From Escherichia coli (GTDB taxonomy: Bacteria > Pseudomonadota > Gammaproteobacteria > Enterobacterales > Enterobacteriaceae): a stretch of 64,000 bases of DNA. The notes beneath the pieces are model-generated. The model saw only the letters and a program-made list of their open reading frames with translations, ran no database searches and was not told the origin of the DNA. This document shows, in pieces, positions 12,600 to 23,652 of this stretch. The DNA is taken from assembly GCF_013122565.1 (NCBI RefSeq), contig NZ_CP053258.1; one strand, written 5' to 3'. How positions within the stretch are numbered: the stretch's first letter is position 1; the number at the start of each line of letters is the position of its first letter. A program made the translations under genes and the position numbers.

Positions 12600-12605
12600 T
12601 ATACT
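12600..12605 (+). promoter_or_regulatory. Candidate -10 hexamer TATACT for the yhfG-fic transcript
   Basis: TATACT 33 nt upstream of the yhfG GTG, no good -35; inference only. Confidence 0.3.
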
Positions 12606-12638
12606 TGTGGCAAATGGACACGTTCAGGGAGGCATCAA

Positions 12639-12806
12639 GTGAAGAAACTCACCGATAAGCAAAAGTCCCGTCTCTGGGAGCTTCAGCGTAATCGTAATTT
12701 CCAGGCCAGTCGCCGTCTTGAAGGCGTCGAGATGCCTTTAGTCACTCTTACTGCCGCAGAGGCTTTAGCGCGCCTTGAAGCGCTGAGGAGGCACTATGAG
12801 CGATAA
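12639..12806 (+). CDS. yhfG: Small Fic-partner protein YhfG (putative antitoxin-like inhibitor, 55 aa)
   Basis: Own translation from GTG with SD agggagg: [55 protein letters not shown]; 3' end overlaps fic start by 11 nt. Confidence 0.85.
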   Translation: MKKLTDKQKSRLWELQRNRNFQASRRLEGVEMPLVTLTAAEALARLEALRRHYER

Positions 12807-13398
12807 ATTCGGCGAAGGGCGCGATCCGTATCTTTATCCAGGCCTTGATATCATGCGTAACCGGCTGAACATCCGTCAGCAGCAGCGGCTGGAACAGGCC
12901 GCTTACGAAATGACGGCGCTGCGTGCTGCGACCATTGAGCTTGGTCCGCTGGTGCGCGGTTTACCGCATTTGCGCACTATCCATCGCCAGCTGTATCAGG
13001 ATATTTTCGACTGGGCAGGGCAACTGCGTGAAGTCGATATTTATCAGGGCGATACGCCGTTCTGCCACTTTGCTTATATCGAAAAAGAGGGCAATGCCCT
13101 GATGCAGGATCTGGAGGAAGAAGGTTATCTGGTTGGCCTGGAGAAAACGAAGTTCGTCGAGCGGCTGGCGCATTACTATTGTGAAATCAACGTGCTGCAT
13201 CCCTTCCGGGTGGGAAGTGGTCTGGCACAGCGGATCTTCTTCGAGCAACTGGCGATTCATGCCGGATATCAACTGAGCTGGCAGGGTATCGAAAAAGAGG
13301 CCTGGAATCAGGCAAATCAGAGTGGGGCAATGGGGGATCTCACCGCGTTGCAGATGATATTTAGCAAAGTGGTAAGCGAAGCCGGGGAATCTGAGTAA
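12796..13398 (+). CDS. fic: Fic-domain protein (filamentation induced by cAMP; FicT-class AMP-transferase fold)
   Basis: 200-aa ORF-track protein; Fic motif region reads [12 protein letters not shown]; SD gaggagg upstream. Confidence 0.93.
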   Translation: MSDKFGEGRDPYLYPGLDIMRNRLNIRQQQRLEQAAYEMTALRAATIELGPLVRGLPHLRTIHRQLYQDIFDWAGQLREVDIYQGDTPFCHFAYIEKEGNALMQDLEEEGYLVGLEKTKFVERLAHYYCEINVLHPFRVGSGLAQRIFFEQLAIHAGYQLSWQGIEKEAWNQANQSGAMGDLTALQMIFSKVVSEAGESE

Positions 13399-13429
13399 AA
13401 TAGCGCGGTTCTTTCGTACCGGAGCCGCC

Positions 13430-13993
13430 ATGATCCTGCTTATAGATAACTACGATTCTTTTACCTGGAACCTCTACCAGTACTTTTGTGAACTGGGGGC
13501 GGATGTGCTGGTTAAGCGCAACGATGCGTTGACGCTGGCGGATATCGACGCCCTTAAACCACAAAAAATTGTCATCTCACCTGGCCCCTGTACGCCAGAT
13601 GAAGCCGGGATCTCCCTTGACGTTATTCGCCACTATGCCGGGCGCTTGCCGATTCTTGGCGTCTGCCTCGGTCATCAGGCAATGGCGCAGGCATTTGGCG
13701 GTAAAGTTGTGCGCGCCGCAAAGGTCATGCACGGCAAAACCTCGCCGATAACACATAGCGGTGAGGGCGTATTTCGGGGGCTGGCAAATCCACTTACTGT
13801 GACACGCTATCATTCGCTGGTGGTGGAACCTGACTCATTACCTGCGTGCTTTGACGTGACGGCCTGGAGCGAAACCCGCGAGATTATGGGGATTCGCCAT
13901 CGCCAGTGGGATCTGGAAGGTGTGCAGTTCCATCCAGAAAGTATTCTTAGCGAACAAGGACATCAACTGCTGGCTAATTTCCTGCATCGCTGA
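13430..13993 (+). CDS. pabA: Aminodeoxychorismate synthase component II (glutamine amidotransferase)
   Basis: 187-aa ORF-track protein, class-I GATase (GVCLGHQ catalytic Cys motif). Confidence 0.96.
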   Translation: MILLIDNYDSFTWNLYQYFCELGADVLVKRNDALTLADIDALKPQKIVISPGPCTPDEAGISLDVIRHYAGRLPILGVCLGHQAMAQAFGGKVVRAAKVMHGKTSPITHSGEGVFRGLANPLTVTRYHSLVVEPDSLPACFDVTAWSETREIMGIRHRQWDLEGVQFHPESILSEQGHQLLANFLHR

Positions 13994-14005
13994 TTTCTGA
14001 TTGCC

Positions 14006-14051
14006 ATTCAGTGATTTTTTATGCATATTTTGTGATTATAATTTCACATTT
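14006..14051 (+). promoter_or_regulatory. Candidate ArgR operator (ARG boxes) in the argD promoter
   Basis: AT-rich imperfect palindromes (attcagtgattttttatgca and tgtgattataatttcaca) 30-70 bp upstream of argD; loose match to the ARG-box consensus. Confidence 0.35.
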
Positions 14052-14063
14052 ATTTATGCGTAA

Positions 14064-15299
<1,236 letters not shown>

Positions 15300-15322
15300 A
15301 TACGAAGCATCAGGCAAAAGAT

Positions 15323-15353
15323 GTCGGATGCGGCGTGAATGCCTTATCCGATG
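15323..15353. repeat. REP (repetitive extragenic palindromic) element
   Basis: gtcggatgcggcgtgaatgccttatccgat closely resembles the enterobacterial REP consensus; lies between convergent argD and yhfK. Confidence 0.7.
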
Positions 15354-15365
15354 GTTTAGCCTGCA

Positions 15366-17456
15366 TTACGCCTTCGAATCCCGCAACTTGCGACTCAGCC
15401 AAATCCCGTGATGCGGTCGCTGACGCCATGCCATCGACGAAATGGTGTGCATGGTGTTCAGATGACCAATAACCCGCTGTAAATGCTGCTCCAGCGTACC
15501 TGCCGCGCCTTCGTGCGGCTGCATCTCCGGCGCATCCATGATATTGGCATCGCCAGAACTCCCCGGTTCGTCATACTCCAGTCGCTGCTGACAACGCTGA
15601 ATGGCGATTTCACAAGACTGCAAATATTCTTGCGCCAGTTCAGGCGGCAATGCCCGGTGTTCCCGTGCCAGCGTGGTCATGGCATTAATATGTTCAACAA
15701 TAAACTGACTGTGCGTTACCCACAGTTTCATATCTGCCAGATAATGGCTGTTGAATGCCGGTTCCTGCATCGCTTGATTCAATGAGTTATACAGAGTGTT
15801 ATGCGCCTGATTTACCCGCATTCGCTGCCAGGCCAGTGGGGTAGGTTGCGGGTCCTCGCTCAGAATCAAGCGAATCGCTTCCTGATAGGCTTCTAAAGCA
15901 TCATGGGCGTTTTTACGCAATAACCCGCTCTGCCACTGCGGCCACAGCCAGACGGTACCACCGAAAGCAATCAAACAACCAATAATGGTATCGATAAGAC
16001 GTGGAAGGATGTACTGCTCACCGTTCAGCCACAACAGTTGCAGGGTATACACTGCGGTAATAGTAAAACCGACCGTCGCCCAGCCGTAGTTTTTGCGCAA
16101 TATCAGGTAGCTGGCGAGGGTGGTAATCAGCATCAAGGTCAGGGTGTAACCTTCGGGAATTTTAAAGTGCAGCGCCACGCCCGCAATGATTAACCCAACC
16201 ACGGTTCCCACGGAGCGATTCACAATCCTCAGACGGGTTGCGCCATAGCCATTTTGCGTCACCAGCAATACCGTCATCAGGATCCAGTACGACTTCGGCA
16301 GATGCAGCGCGGTACCCATCAGGCTGGCAACGCTTAACATCACACTGAGTCGTCCGGCATTGCGTAGCGCCGGAGACTTTAGTGACAGATAACTTTTCAG
16401 CGCCGGAAGTAACGGCATTCGCCGCTGTTTATCGGCCAGTAAGTCACGGGCATAGAGCGGTTTTTGGGTGCGCAGCACGCGGGCAATGCGGCTGAAATGC
16501 CAGTAGCAGAATTGCCCAACCGGATTATCCGGATGCTGGCGGGCGATTTTTTCCAGTGCGCCAATTTGCTTTTCCATCGTAAAACGCGTCGGCAGGCGAT
16601 GGTAAAGAATGTCATCAGCCAGCACGCGCAGGCGAGCGGCGACGGTTTGCGCATTCCAGCGGATAACTTCTTCCGCATGGCTACGCTCGACCAGTTTTTG
16701 CACCTCTTCCGGCTGATGCAAACTGACCGAAATATGTTCCTGCAAATCCAGCGCCTCCTGGAAAATACGCAGCATCCGCTTGTAGTCAGTATTATTTTGC
16801 GCGGAAAGCATATGCATTTGCTGATAGCACTGGGTAATTAGATCGACCGCTTTTTGCTGGCGCACCAGCAGCGGCGGCAGCGCTTTTTCAGGGTCGGTGT
16901 GCTGGGTAAGCAGGCTGTATTTGGCTTCACAATAATCTGCCAGTTCACGGTATAGCAGACTTAGTGACTCGCGCAGCGGTTGTTCGCGCCAGATCCAGAA
17001 CCAAAACCAGTTAAACAATCCGTACCAGAGAGTGCCCAACGCATAGATGAGCAACGGTTCCCAGACCGGCATGTATCCCGCCAGACTGAGGGTAAAAATG
17101 GCGGCGAGCAGCGATGCGGGAAGCAATTTAGCGTGCAATGGCCCCAGCTCAGCAGTGACGCCAAGTACCAGCGTTAATCCGGTCAGCAAAAAGGGCAGGG
17201 GAACATCTTTTGCCAGTAGTAGCTGTGTCAGCAAGCTACAGGTGGCAAACAGCGACGCACCAATGATTAAGCGTTTGAAAAAACGTTTATGAGGCGTATC
17301 AAGGCCCGCAATATTGCAACAGGCAGGAACGAGGGAGAAGAGCAGACCGAATCGTAATTCGCCAAGCATTAACCCAACGGCCACGGGCAAACATAGCACC
17401 AGCGTTTGTCGCAGTGCATAGTTGATATCGGGGTGATAAATCAGTCTGCGCCACAT
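15366..17456 (-). CDS. yhfK: Large inner-membrane protein YhfK, function unknown
   Basis: ORF-track frame 15366..17468 begins at TTG; first ATG (MWRRLIYHP) at 17456 gives 696 aa. Confidence 0.85.
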   Translation of the reverse strand: MWRRLIYHPDINYALRQTLVLCLPVAVGLMLGELRFGLLFSLVPACCNIAGLDTPHKRFFKRLIIGASLFATCSLLTQLLLAKDVPLPFLLTGLTLVLGVTAELGPLHAKLLPASLLAAIFTLSLAGYMPVWEPLLIYALGTLWYGLFNWFWFWIWREQPLRESLSLLYRELADYCEAKYSLLTQHTDPEKALPPLLVRQQKAVDLITQCYQQMHMLSAQNNTDYKRMLRIFQEALDLQEHISVSLHQPEEVQKLVERSHAEEVIRWNAQTVAARLRVLADDILYHRLPTRFTMEKQIGALEKIARQHPDNPVGQFCYWHFSRIARVLRTQKPLYARDLLADKQRRMPLLPALKSYLSLKSPALRNAGRLSVMLSVASLMGTALHLPKSYWILMTVLLVTQNGYGATRLRIVNRSVGTVVGLIIAGVALHFKIPEGYTLTLMLITTLASYLILRKNYGWATVGFTITAVYTLQLLWLNGEQYILPRLIDTIIGCLIAFGGTVWLWPQWQSGLLRKNAHDALEAYQEAIRLILSEDPQPTPLAWQRMRVNQAHNTLYNSLNQAMQEPAFNSHYLADMKLWVTHSQFIVEHINAMTTLAREHRALPPELAQEYLQSCEIAIQRCQQRLEYDEPGSSGDANIMDAPEMQPHEGAAGTLEQHLQRVIGHLNTMHTISSMAWRQRPHHGIWLSRKLRDSKA

Positions 17457-17494
17457 CGGGGGAAACAAAATGGCGCGCTACTCAGTAACGCGCC
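17455..17494 (-). terminator. Intrinsic terminator downstream of crp
   Basis: Hairpin ggcgcgcuacucaguaacgcgcc followed on the minus strand by auuuuguuuccc; overlaps the yhfK start codon. Confidence 0.75.
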
Positions 17495-17506
17495 ACTCCG
17501 ACGGGA

Positions 17507-18139
17507 TTAACGAGTGCCGTAAACGACGATGGTTTTACCGTGTGCGGAGATCAGGTTCTGATCTTCCAGCATCTTCAGAATGCGTCCCACGGTTTCACGA
17601 GAACAGCCGACAATCTGACCAATTTCCTGACGGGTAATTTTGATTTGCATACCGTCCGGGTGAGTCATAGCGTCTGGTTGTTTTGCCAGGTTCAGCAGAG
17701 TCTGTGCAATACGGCCCGTCACGTCGAGGAACGCCAGGTTGCCCACTTTCTCTGAAGTGACTTGCAGACGACGCGCCATCTGTGCAGACAGACGCATCAG
17801 AATGTCCGGATTTACCTGAATCAATTGGCGAAATTTTTTGTACGAAATTTCAGCCACTTCACAGGCGGTTTTCGCACGTACCCATGCGCTACGTTCCTGG
17901 CCCTCTTCAAACAGGCCCAGTTCGCCAATAAAATCACCCTGATTCAGATAGGAGAGGATCATTTCTTTACCCTCCTCGTCTTTGATCAGCACTGCCACAG
18001 AGCCTTTAACGATGTAGTACAGCGTTTCCGCTTTTTCACCCTGGTGAATAAGCGTGCTCTTGGATGGGTACTTATGAATGTGGCAATGAGACAAGAACCA
18101 TTCGAGAGTCGGGTCTGTTTGCGGTTTGCCAAGCACCAT
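17507..18139 (-). CDS. crp: cAMP receptor protein (global transcriptional regulator)
   Basis: 210-aa ORF-track protein with cNMP-binding domain and C-terminal HTH. Confidence 0.98.
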
Positions 18140-18440
18140 GCGCGGTTATCCTCTGTTATAAGCTTTCTCCAGAGCCAGATAACGCCGCTGTCTCTGGATT
18201 GCCGAAATATGCTTCCCGCTACCTGGGAAGGGGCTATCAACTGTACTGCACGGTAATGTGACGTCCTTTGCATACATGCAGTACATCAATGTATTACTGT
18301 AGCATCCTGACTGTTTTAGCATAGCTTTCGCTTTGTGTCTCCTGGTGTCTCGCTTCAGCATGACCCAGGTCGCCTTCCGTTGCGCGATTTGGTTAGTACG
18401 CGTACTCTGTCAGGAAAATTGACGCAGTGGAGTAGCAAAA

Positions 18441-18845
18441 ATGCAAGCGCGAGTGAAGTGGGTCGAAGGGTTAACTTTTTTGGGCGAATCCGCCTCTGGT
18501 CACCAGATTTTAATGGACGGCAACTCAGGCGATAAAGCACCAAGTCCGATGGAAATGGTGTTGATGGCGGCGGGTGGTTGCAGTGCCATCGATGTGGTTT
18601 CGATCCTGCAAAAAGGGCGTCAGGATGTGGTCGATTGTGAAGTAAAATTGACCTCTGAACGCCGCGAAGAGGCACCACGCCTGTTTACGCACATTAATCT
18701 GCATTTTATCGTCACCGGTCGCGACCTGAAAGACGCAGCGGTTGCGCGTGCGGTTGATCTCTCTGCTGAGAAATATTGTTCAGTGGCGTTGATGCTGGAA
18801 AAAGCGGTGAATATTACTCACTCGTATGAAGTGGTTGCCGCGTGA
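18441..18845 (+). CDS. yhfA: OsmC-family protein YhfA
   Basis: 134-aa ORF-track protein; divergent from crp. Confidence 0.9.
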   Translation: MQARVKWVEGLTFLGESASGHQILMDGNSGDKAPSPMEMVLMAAGGCSAIDVVSILQKGRQDVVDCEVKLTSERREEAPRLFTHINLHFIVTGRDLKDAAVARAVDLSAEKYCSVALMLEKAVNITHSYEVVAA

Positions 18846-18865
18846 TTTAACTATCCCGTTGTGAA

Positions 18866-18887
18866 GCCGGATAGTATTTTATCCGGC
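18866..18887. other. Stem-loop between convergent yhfA and prkB
   Basis: Stem gccggata / tatccggc, 6-nt loop; no clear U-tract. Confidence 0.4.
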
Positions 18888-18899
18888 GTAATAGCAGAG

Positions 18900-19769
18900 T
18901 TACTCGATTTTCTTTCCTTCCATCAATCGTTGCACCAGCGGCAGCATAATTAATTCCATTGCCAGACCCATTTTGCCGCCGGGCACCACTAACGTATTGA
19001 TGTGGGAAATGAATGAGCCTTGCAACATCGCCAGCAGCCAGGGGAAATCGATCCCTTCCAGATTACGAAAATGGATCACCACAAAGCTTTCATCCAGCGA
19101 CGGGATACCTTTTGCCGCGAACGGGTTTGAAGTGTCGACGGTGGGAACGCGCTGGAAGTTAAGATGGGTGCGGGAAAACTGCGGTGTGATGTAGTTGATA
19201 TAGTCTTCCATTGAACGCACTACTGAGTCCATCACTGCTTCTCGTGAGTGCCCGCGCTCGCTGGTGTCGCGGATCAGTTTTTGAATCCACTCAAGGTTAA
19301 CGATAGGCACCACGCCGACCAGTAAGTCCACATGCTGCGCAACGTTATGCTGTGGCGTGACTACACCGCCGTGTAAACCTTCATAAAACAGTACATCAGT
19401 GGGTTCCGGTAAAGGTTGCCAGGGGGTGAATGTTCCCGGTACCTGATTCCAGGGTACGGCTTCGTCGTAGGTATGCAGATATTTGCGAGATTTCCCTTTG
19501 CCGCTCTGACCGTATTCAATGAAGGTTTGTTCCAGCAGGCCGAAGTCGTTCGCTTCGGGGCCGAAGTAGCTGATATGCCGCCCGGCGTCACGCGCTTTAC
19601 GGATCGCCATGTCCATTTCCGGGCGGGTGTAACGGTGAAAACTGTCGCCTTCCACCTCAGCTGCATGCAGATTTAACTGCGCGAATATTTTACGAAACGC
19701 GAGGCTGGTGGTGGTGGTCCCCGCGCCGCTGGATCCTGTTACCGCAATGACCGGATGTTTGGCAGACAT
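18900..19769 (-). CDS. prkB: Phosphoribulokinase-family protein (P-loop kinase)
   Basis: 289-aa ORF-track protein, Walker A GSSGAGTTT. Confidence 0.93.
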   Translation of the reverse strand: MSAKHPVIAVTGSSGAGTTTTSLAFRKIFAQLNLHAAEVEGDSFHRYTRPEMDMAIRKARDAGRHISYFGPEANDFGLLEQTFIEYGQSGKGKSRKYLHTYDEAVPWNQVPGTFTPWQPLPEPTDVLFYEGLHGGVVTPQHNVAQHVDLLVGVVPIVNLEWIQKLIRDTSERGHSREAVMDSVVRSMEDYINYITPQFSRTHLNFQRVPTVDTSNPFAAKGIPSLDESFVVIHFRNLEGIDFPWLLAMLQGSFISHINTLVVPGGKMGLAMELIMLPLVQRLMEGKKIE

Positions 19770-19822
19770 AGTAACTCCATGACTTAGCTATCATTATTAT
19801 CTCGTCCGCCGACGGTTGCAGG

Positions 19823-20041
19823 CTATTCGCGAAACTGACTGCGCGGCATGATATTGACCGTTTCGTGCAGCTCCGACCATACCAGCACCGCTTCTCCGCA
19901 CTGTAGCTGGCGTTTGACGTCGGCGACTTTCTGTTCAAGTGTACGCTCATGTTCACCATAATCGGTGCCTTCACGTAACACAAAGCTTTCAATTAAATTT
20001 TCCAGCGTTTCGGGGGAGAGGTCTTGCCACGGAATCAACAT
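19823..20041 (-). CDS. yheU: UPF0270-family small protein YheU
   Basis: 72-aa ORF-track protein; start overlaps yheT stop. Confidence 0.88.
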
Positions 20042-21057
20042 GATTTCGCCTCCAGATACGTTGTTAACCAGTCAGGAATGCGTGACTCCAGCCACATTTG
20101 CGGATGAAGTAATGTACCGCCAATAAAGCCAACATGACCGCCATGTTCAGTCAGTTGATACTCCACCTGCGGGGGGAGACTTTCCGGTTTCGGGATCACC
20201 TGATGATCCATAAACGGATCGTCTTTGGCGTGAATAATCAGCGTCGGTTTGGCGATCCGGTTCAGCATCGGCATGGCGCTACACTGACGATAATAGTCGA
20301 TAGCGTCAGCGTAGCCGTGAATTCTGGCGGTGATGAGATCGTCAAATTCACGGATGCGACGTACCGATTTTAACTGCGCGAGATTAATCGGCAGTGTTCC
20401 GGGGTAGGCTGCCAGCTTGCGCGCGGCATTGGCTTTTAACAGGTTCAGCAAGTAACGCTGATAAACGCGGGAAAAGCCCTTTTCCATATGATAGCTACAG
20501 GCTTCCAGCATAAACGGCGCAGAGACAATCACCGCCGCATCAACAGGGAGATCATTGCCTTCTTTTGCCAGCAAACAGGCCAGCATATTACCGCCGAGCG
20601 AATAGCCGACGGCAGCCGTTGGCGCATGACCAAATTCGCGTTGCAGCCAGCGTAAAAACCAACTGGCGTCTTCGGTTTCGCCCGAATGGTAAATGCGGTG
20701 CATACGGTTTGGTTCACCGCTGCATCCGCGAAAATGCATCACCACGCCCAGCCAGCCGCGCTTTTGCGCCGCCTCAACCAGACCGTGGGCGTAAGGGCTA
20801 TTGAGACTGCCTTCGAGACCGTGAAACACCACTAAACGCGGTTTATGTTTCGCCTGTGCGGGGTTTTCACTCCACGCGAGATCGACAAAATCGCCGTCGG
20901 GCAACTCCAGCCGCTGCCAGTGCGGGGTGAATTTCACCTGGCGACGAAACAGACGCGGCAGCATGGTTTGTAGATGACAATTGCTAAAGCCGCGCATGGG
21001 GGTGAATTCAGCACTGCTGCTGAATTCATTGGCATCGGTCGTCGTTATCTGCGCCAT
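20035..21057 (-). CDS. yheT: Alpha/beta-hydrolase-fold protein YheT
   Basis: 340-aa ORF-track protein with GYSLGG nucleophile-elbow motif. Confidence 0.92.
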
Positions 21058-22970
21058 CAGTTGCTTTGGCCTTCCAGCAGCATCTGCTCAAGCTGCTCCT
21101 GGGCTTCCAGCCACGCCATTTCACACTCTTCCAGGCCGGATTTGGCGCTGGCTTGCTGTTGCAGGCAGGCGGTCAGCTCCGCTTTACGGCTTTGATCGTA
21201 CAGTTCGCTGTCGCCGAGTTTCTCTTCCGCCTGCGCCAGCTGTGCGTTCAGCTTTTCCATCTCTTTTTCCAGACGGGCGATCTCTTTACGCAGCGGTTGG
21301 GTTTGCGCACGCAGCTCCGCTTCCCGACGCTTCTGATCTTTACGTGCCTGGGCGCTGTTTGCGTTCTCTTTTGGCGCTTCGTCGGTCTGGTTTTCTTGCT
21401 TTTGTACGTCGCTCAACCACTGTTGATAATCTTCCAGATCGCCGTCGAACGGTTCGACTTTACGATCGTGAACCAGGTAGAGGTCGTCAGTGGTGGAACG
21501 CAGCAAATGACGGTCGTGCGAAACGACAACCAGCGCGCCTTCAAACTCGATTAATGCTTCGGTGAGTGCCTGACGCATGTCGAGGTCAAGGTGGTTAGTC
21601 GGTTCGTCGAGCAGCAGCAGATTCGGCCGCTGCCAGACAATTAATGCCAGCACCAGGCGGGCTTTTTCCCCACCTGAGAAGCGGCGCGTTTCTTCGGTTA
21701 CTTTATCGCCCTGGAAACCAAAGCCGCCGAGGTAGTCACGCAGTTTTTGCTCCAGTTCCTGCGGCGCTAAACGTGCCAGATGTTGAATAGGCGATTCGTC
21801 GGCGCGCAGGTATTCAAGTTGATGCTGGGCGAAGTAGCCGAGCTTGATCCCTTTTGCCAGGCCTATTTCACCACTGACTGGCGCAAGTTCACCGGCTAAC
21901 AGTTTGATTAATGTCGATTTACCCGCGCCGTTGCGGCCTAACAGACCAATGCGCGAACCGGGGACCAGATTCAGTTTAATCGAGTCGAGAACAATGCGAT
22001 CGCCATAGCCTGCGCTGACCTTTTCCATCTTCAGTAACGGATTTGGCAGACTTTCCGGCGCGCGGAAGCTAAAGCGGAACGGGTTGTCGACGTGCGCGGG
22101 GGCAATCAGCTCCATACGCTCGAGCATCTTAATGCGGCTCTGGGCCTGCTTCGCTTTGGTGGCTTTGGCACGGAAACGGTCGATATAACTTTGCAGATGC
22201 GCTACGCGTTCCTGCTGGCTTTCGTACATCGCTTGTTGCTGCGCCAGACGGGTGGCGCGCTGTACTTCAAACGAACTGTAGTTGCCGGTGTACTCGAACA
22301 TGCTTTGTTGTTCGATATGAATAATTTTATCGACGATCGGATCGAGGAAGTCGCGGTCGTGAGAGATCAGGATCAGCGTGCCCTGATAGCTCTTCAGCCA
22401 TTTTTCCAGCCAGATAACGGCATCGAGATCGAGGTGGTTAGTCGGTTCGTCGAGCAGCAGCAAGTCTGAACGGCAAATCAGCGCCTGGGCAAGGTTAAGA
22501 CGCATACGCCAGCCACCAGAGAAATCACTTACCGGGCGCTCCAGTTGTTCATTGCTGAAACCGAGGCCGTGCAGCAGGCTGGCGGCACGGGAGCGAATAC
22601 TCCATGCGTCAATAGCATCCAGCTTGCCATGAATGGTCGCAATGGCGTGCCCGTCGTTACGTTCGTTGGCGTCGTGTAGCTGCGCTTCCAGTTGACGATA
22701 TTCACGGTCGCCGTCAATGACATATTCCAGCGCCGCTTGCGGTAACGCCGGCGTTTCCTGATTCACCCACGCCAGTTGCCAGCTTCCCGGAAAGGTGTAG
22801 CTGCCGCCGTCGGCGCTGATTTCATTTTTCAGCAATGCCAGCAGGGTAGATTTACCACAGCCGTTTTTACCCACCAGGCCGACTTTCTGCCCGGGGTTGA
22901 TGGTGGCGGTGGCATTATCCAGCAGGACGCGCACGCCGCGACGAATTTGTAACGAGGAGAAAACAATCAT
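21057..22970 (-). CDS. yheS: ABC-F family ATPase YheS (two ABC cassettes, no membrane domain)
   Basis: 637-aa ORF-track protein with duplicated Walker A (GKNGCGKST, GRNGAGKST) and ABC signature motifs plus coiled-coil C-terminus. Confidence 0.95.
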   Translation of the reverse strand: MIVFSSLQIRRGVRVLLDNATATINPGQKVGLVGKNGCGKSTLLALLKNEISADGGSYTFPGSWQLAWVNQETPALPQAALEYVIDGDREYRQLEAQLHDANERNDGHAIATIHGKLDAIDAWSIRSRAASLLHGLGFSNEQLERPVSDFSGGWRMRLNLAQALICRSDLLLLDEPTNHLDLDAVIWLEKWLKSYQGTLILISHDRDFLDPIVDKIIHIEQQSMFEYTGNYSSFEVQRATRLAQQQAMYESQQERVAHLQSYIDRFRAKATKAKQAQSRIKMLERMELIAPAHVDNPFRFSFRAPESLPNPLLKMEKVSAGYGDRIVLDSIKLNLVPGSRIGLLGRNGAGKSTLIKLLAGELAPVSGEIGLAKGIKLGYFAQHQLEYLRADESPIQHLARLAPQELEQKLRDYLGGFGFQGDKVTEETRRFSGGEKARLVLALIVWQRPNLLLLDEPTNHLDLDMRQALTEALIEFEGALVVVSHDRHLLRSTTDDLYLVHDRKVEPFDGDLEDYQQWLSDVQKQENQTDEAPKENANSAQARKDQKRREAELRAQTQPLRKEIARLEKEMEKLNAQLAQAEEKLGDSELYDQSRKAELTACLQQQASAKSGLEECEMAWLEAQEQLEQMLLEGQSN

Positions 22971-22999
22971 AAGGCGCCGTATGTTCAGACTATGTTAAC

Positions 23000-23014
23000 T
23001 TATCATTATGATAA
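23000..23014. promoter_or_regulatory. Perfect 7-1-7 palindrome TTATCAT-T-ATGATAA in the yheS/kefG divergent promoter region
   Basis: Read directly from sequence; partial Fur-box-like similarity, or overlapping divergent -10 elements; regulator unassigned. Confidence 0.35.
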
Positions 23015-23097
23015 TGTAATGTATGGGCGAGCTGCCGCACCGGGCGCAATGGTAGCCCAAAACAGCGACTATACACAAAAACCATACCGGGAGGGGG

Positions 23098-23652
23098 ATG
23101 ATGTCTCAGCCAGCGAAAGTTTTGCTGCTGTATGCCCATCCGGAATCTCAGGACTCGGTGGCAAACCGGGTACTGCTTAAACCGGCCACGCAGCTCAGCA
23201 ATGTTACCGTGCACGACCTTTACGCGCACTATCCCGATTTTTTTATTGATATCCCCCGTGAGCAGGCATTACTGCGCGAGCACGAGGTGATTGTCTTTCA
23301 GCATCCTCTTTATACCTATAGCTGCCCGGCGCTACTGAAAGAGTGGCTGGACAGGGTATTAAGCCGTGGTTTTGCCAGCGGGCCGGGAGGAAACCAACTG
23401 GCGGGAAAGTACTGGCGTAGCGTGATTACCACCGGCGAGCCGGAAAGTGCTTACCGTTATGACGCGTTGAATCGCTACCCGATGAGCGATGTCCTGCGCC
23501 CCTTTGAACTGGCGGCGGGCATGTGCCGGATGCATTGGTTAAGTCCCATCATTATTTACTGGGCGAGACGGCAAAGCGCACAGGAGCTGGCGAGCCACGC
23601 CAGAGCCTACGGTGACTGGCTGGCAAATCCGCTGTCTCCAGGAGGCCGCTGA
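23098..23652 (+). CDS. kefG: KefB ancillary protein KefG (flavodoxin-like quinone oxidoreductase fold)
   Basis: 184-aa ORF-track protein; stop overlaps kefB start (TGATG). Confidence 0.94.

Noticed and set aside
22992-23180. 62-aa plus-strand ORF starting in the yheS/kefG intergenic region
   Set aside because: Overlaps the kefG start in another frame and begins within the palindromic promoter element; more likely promoter DNA than a gene.
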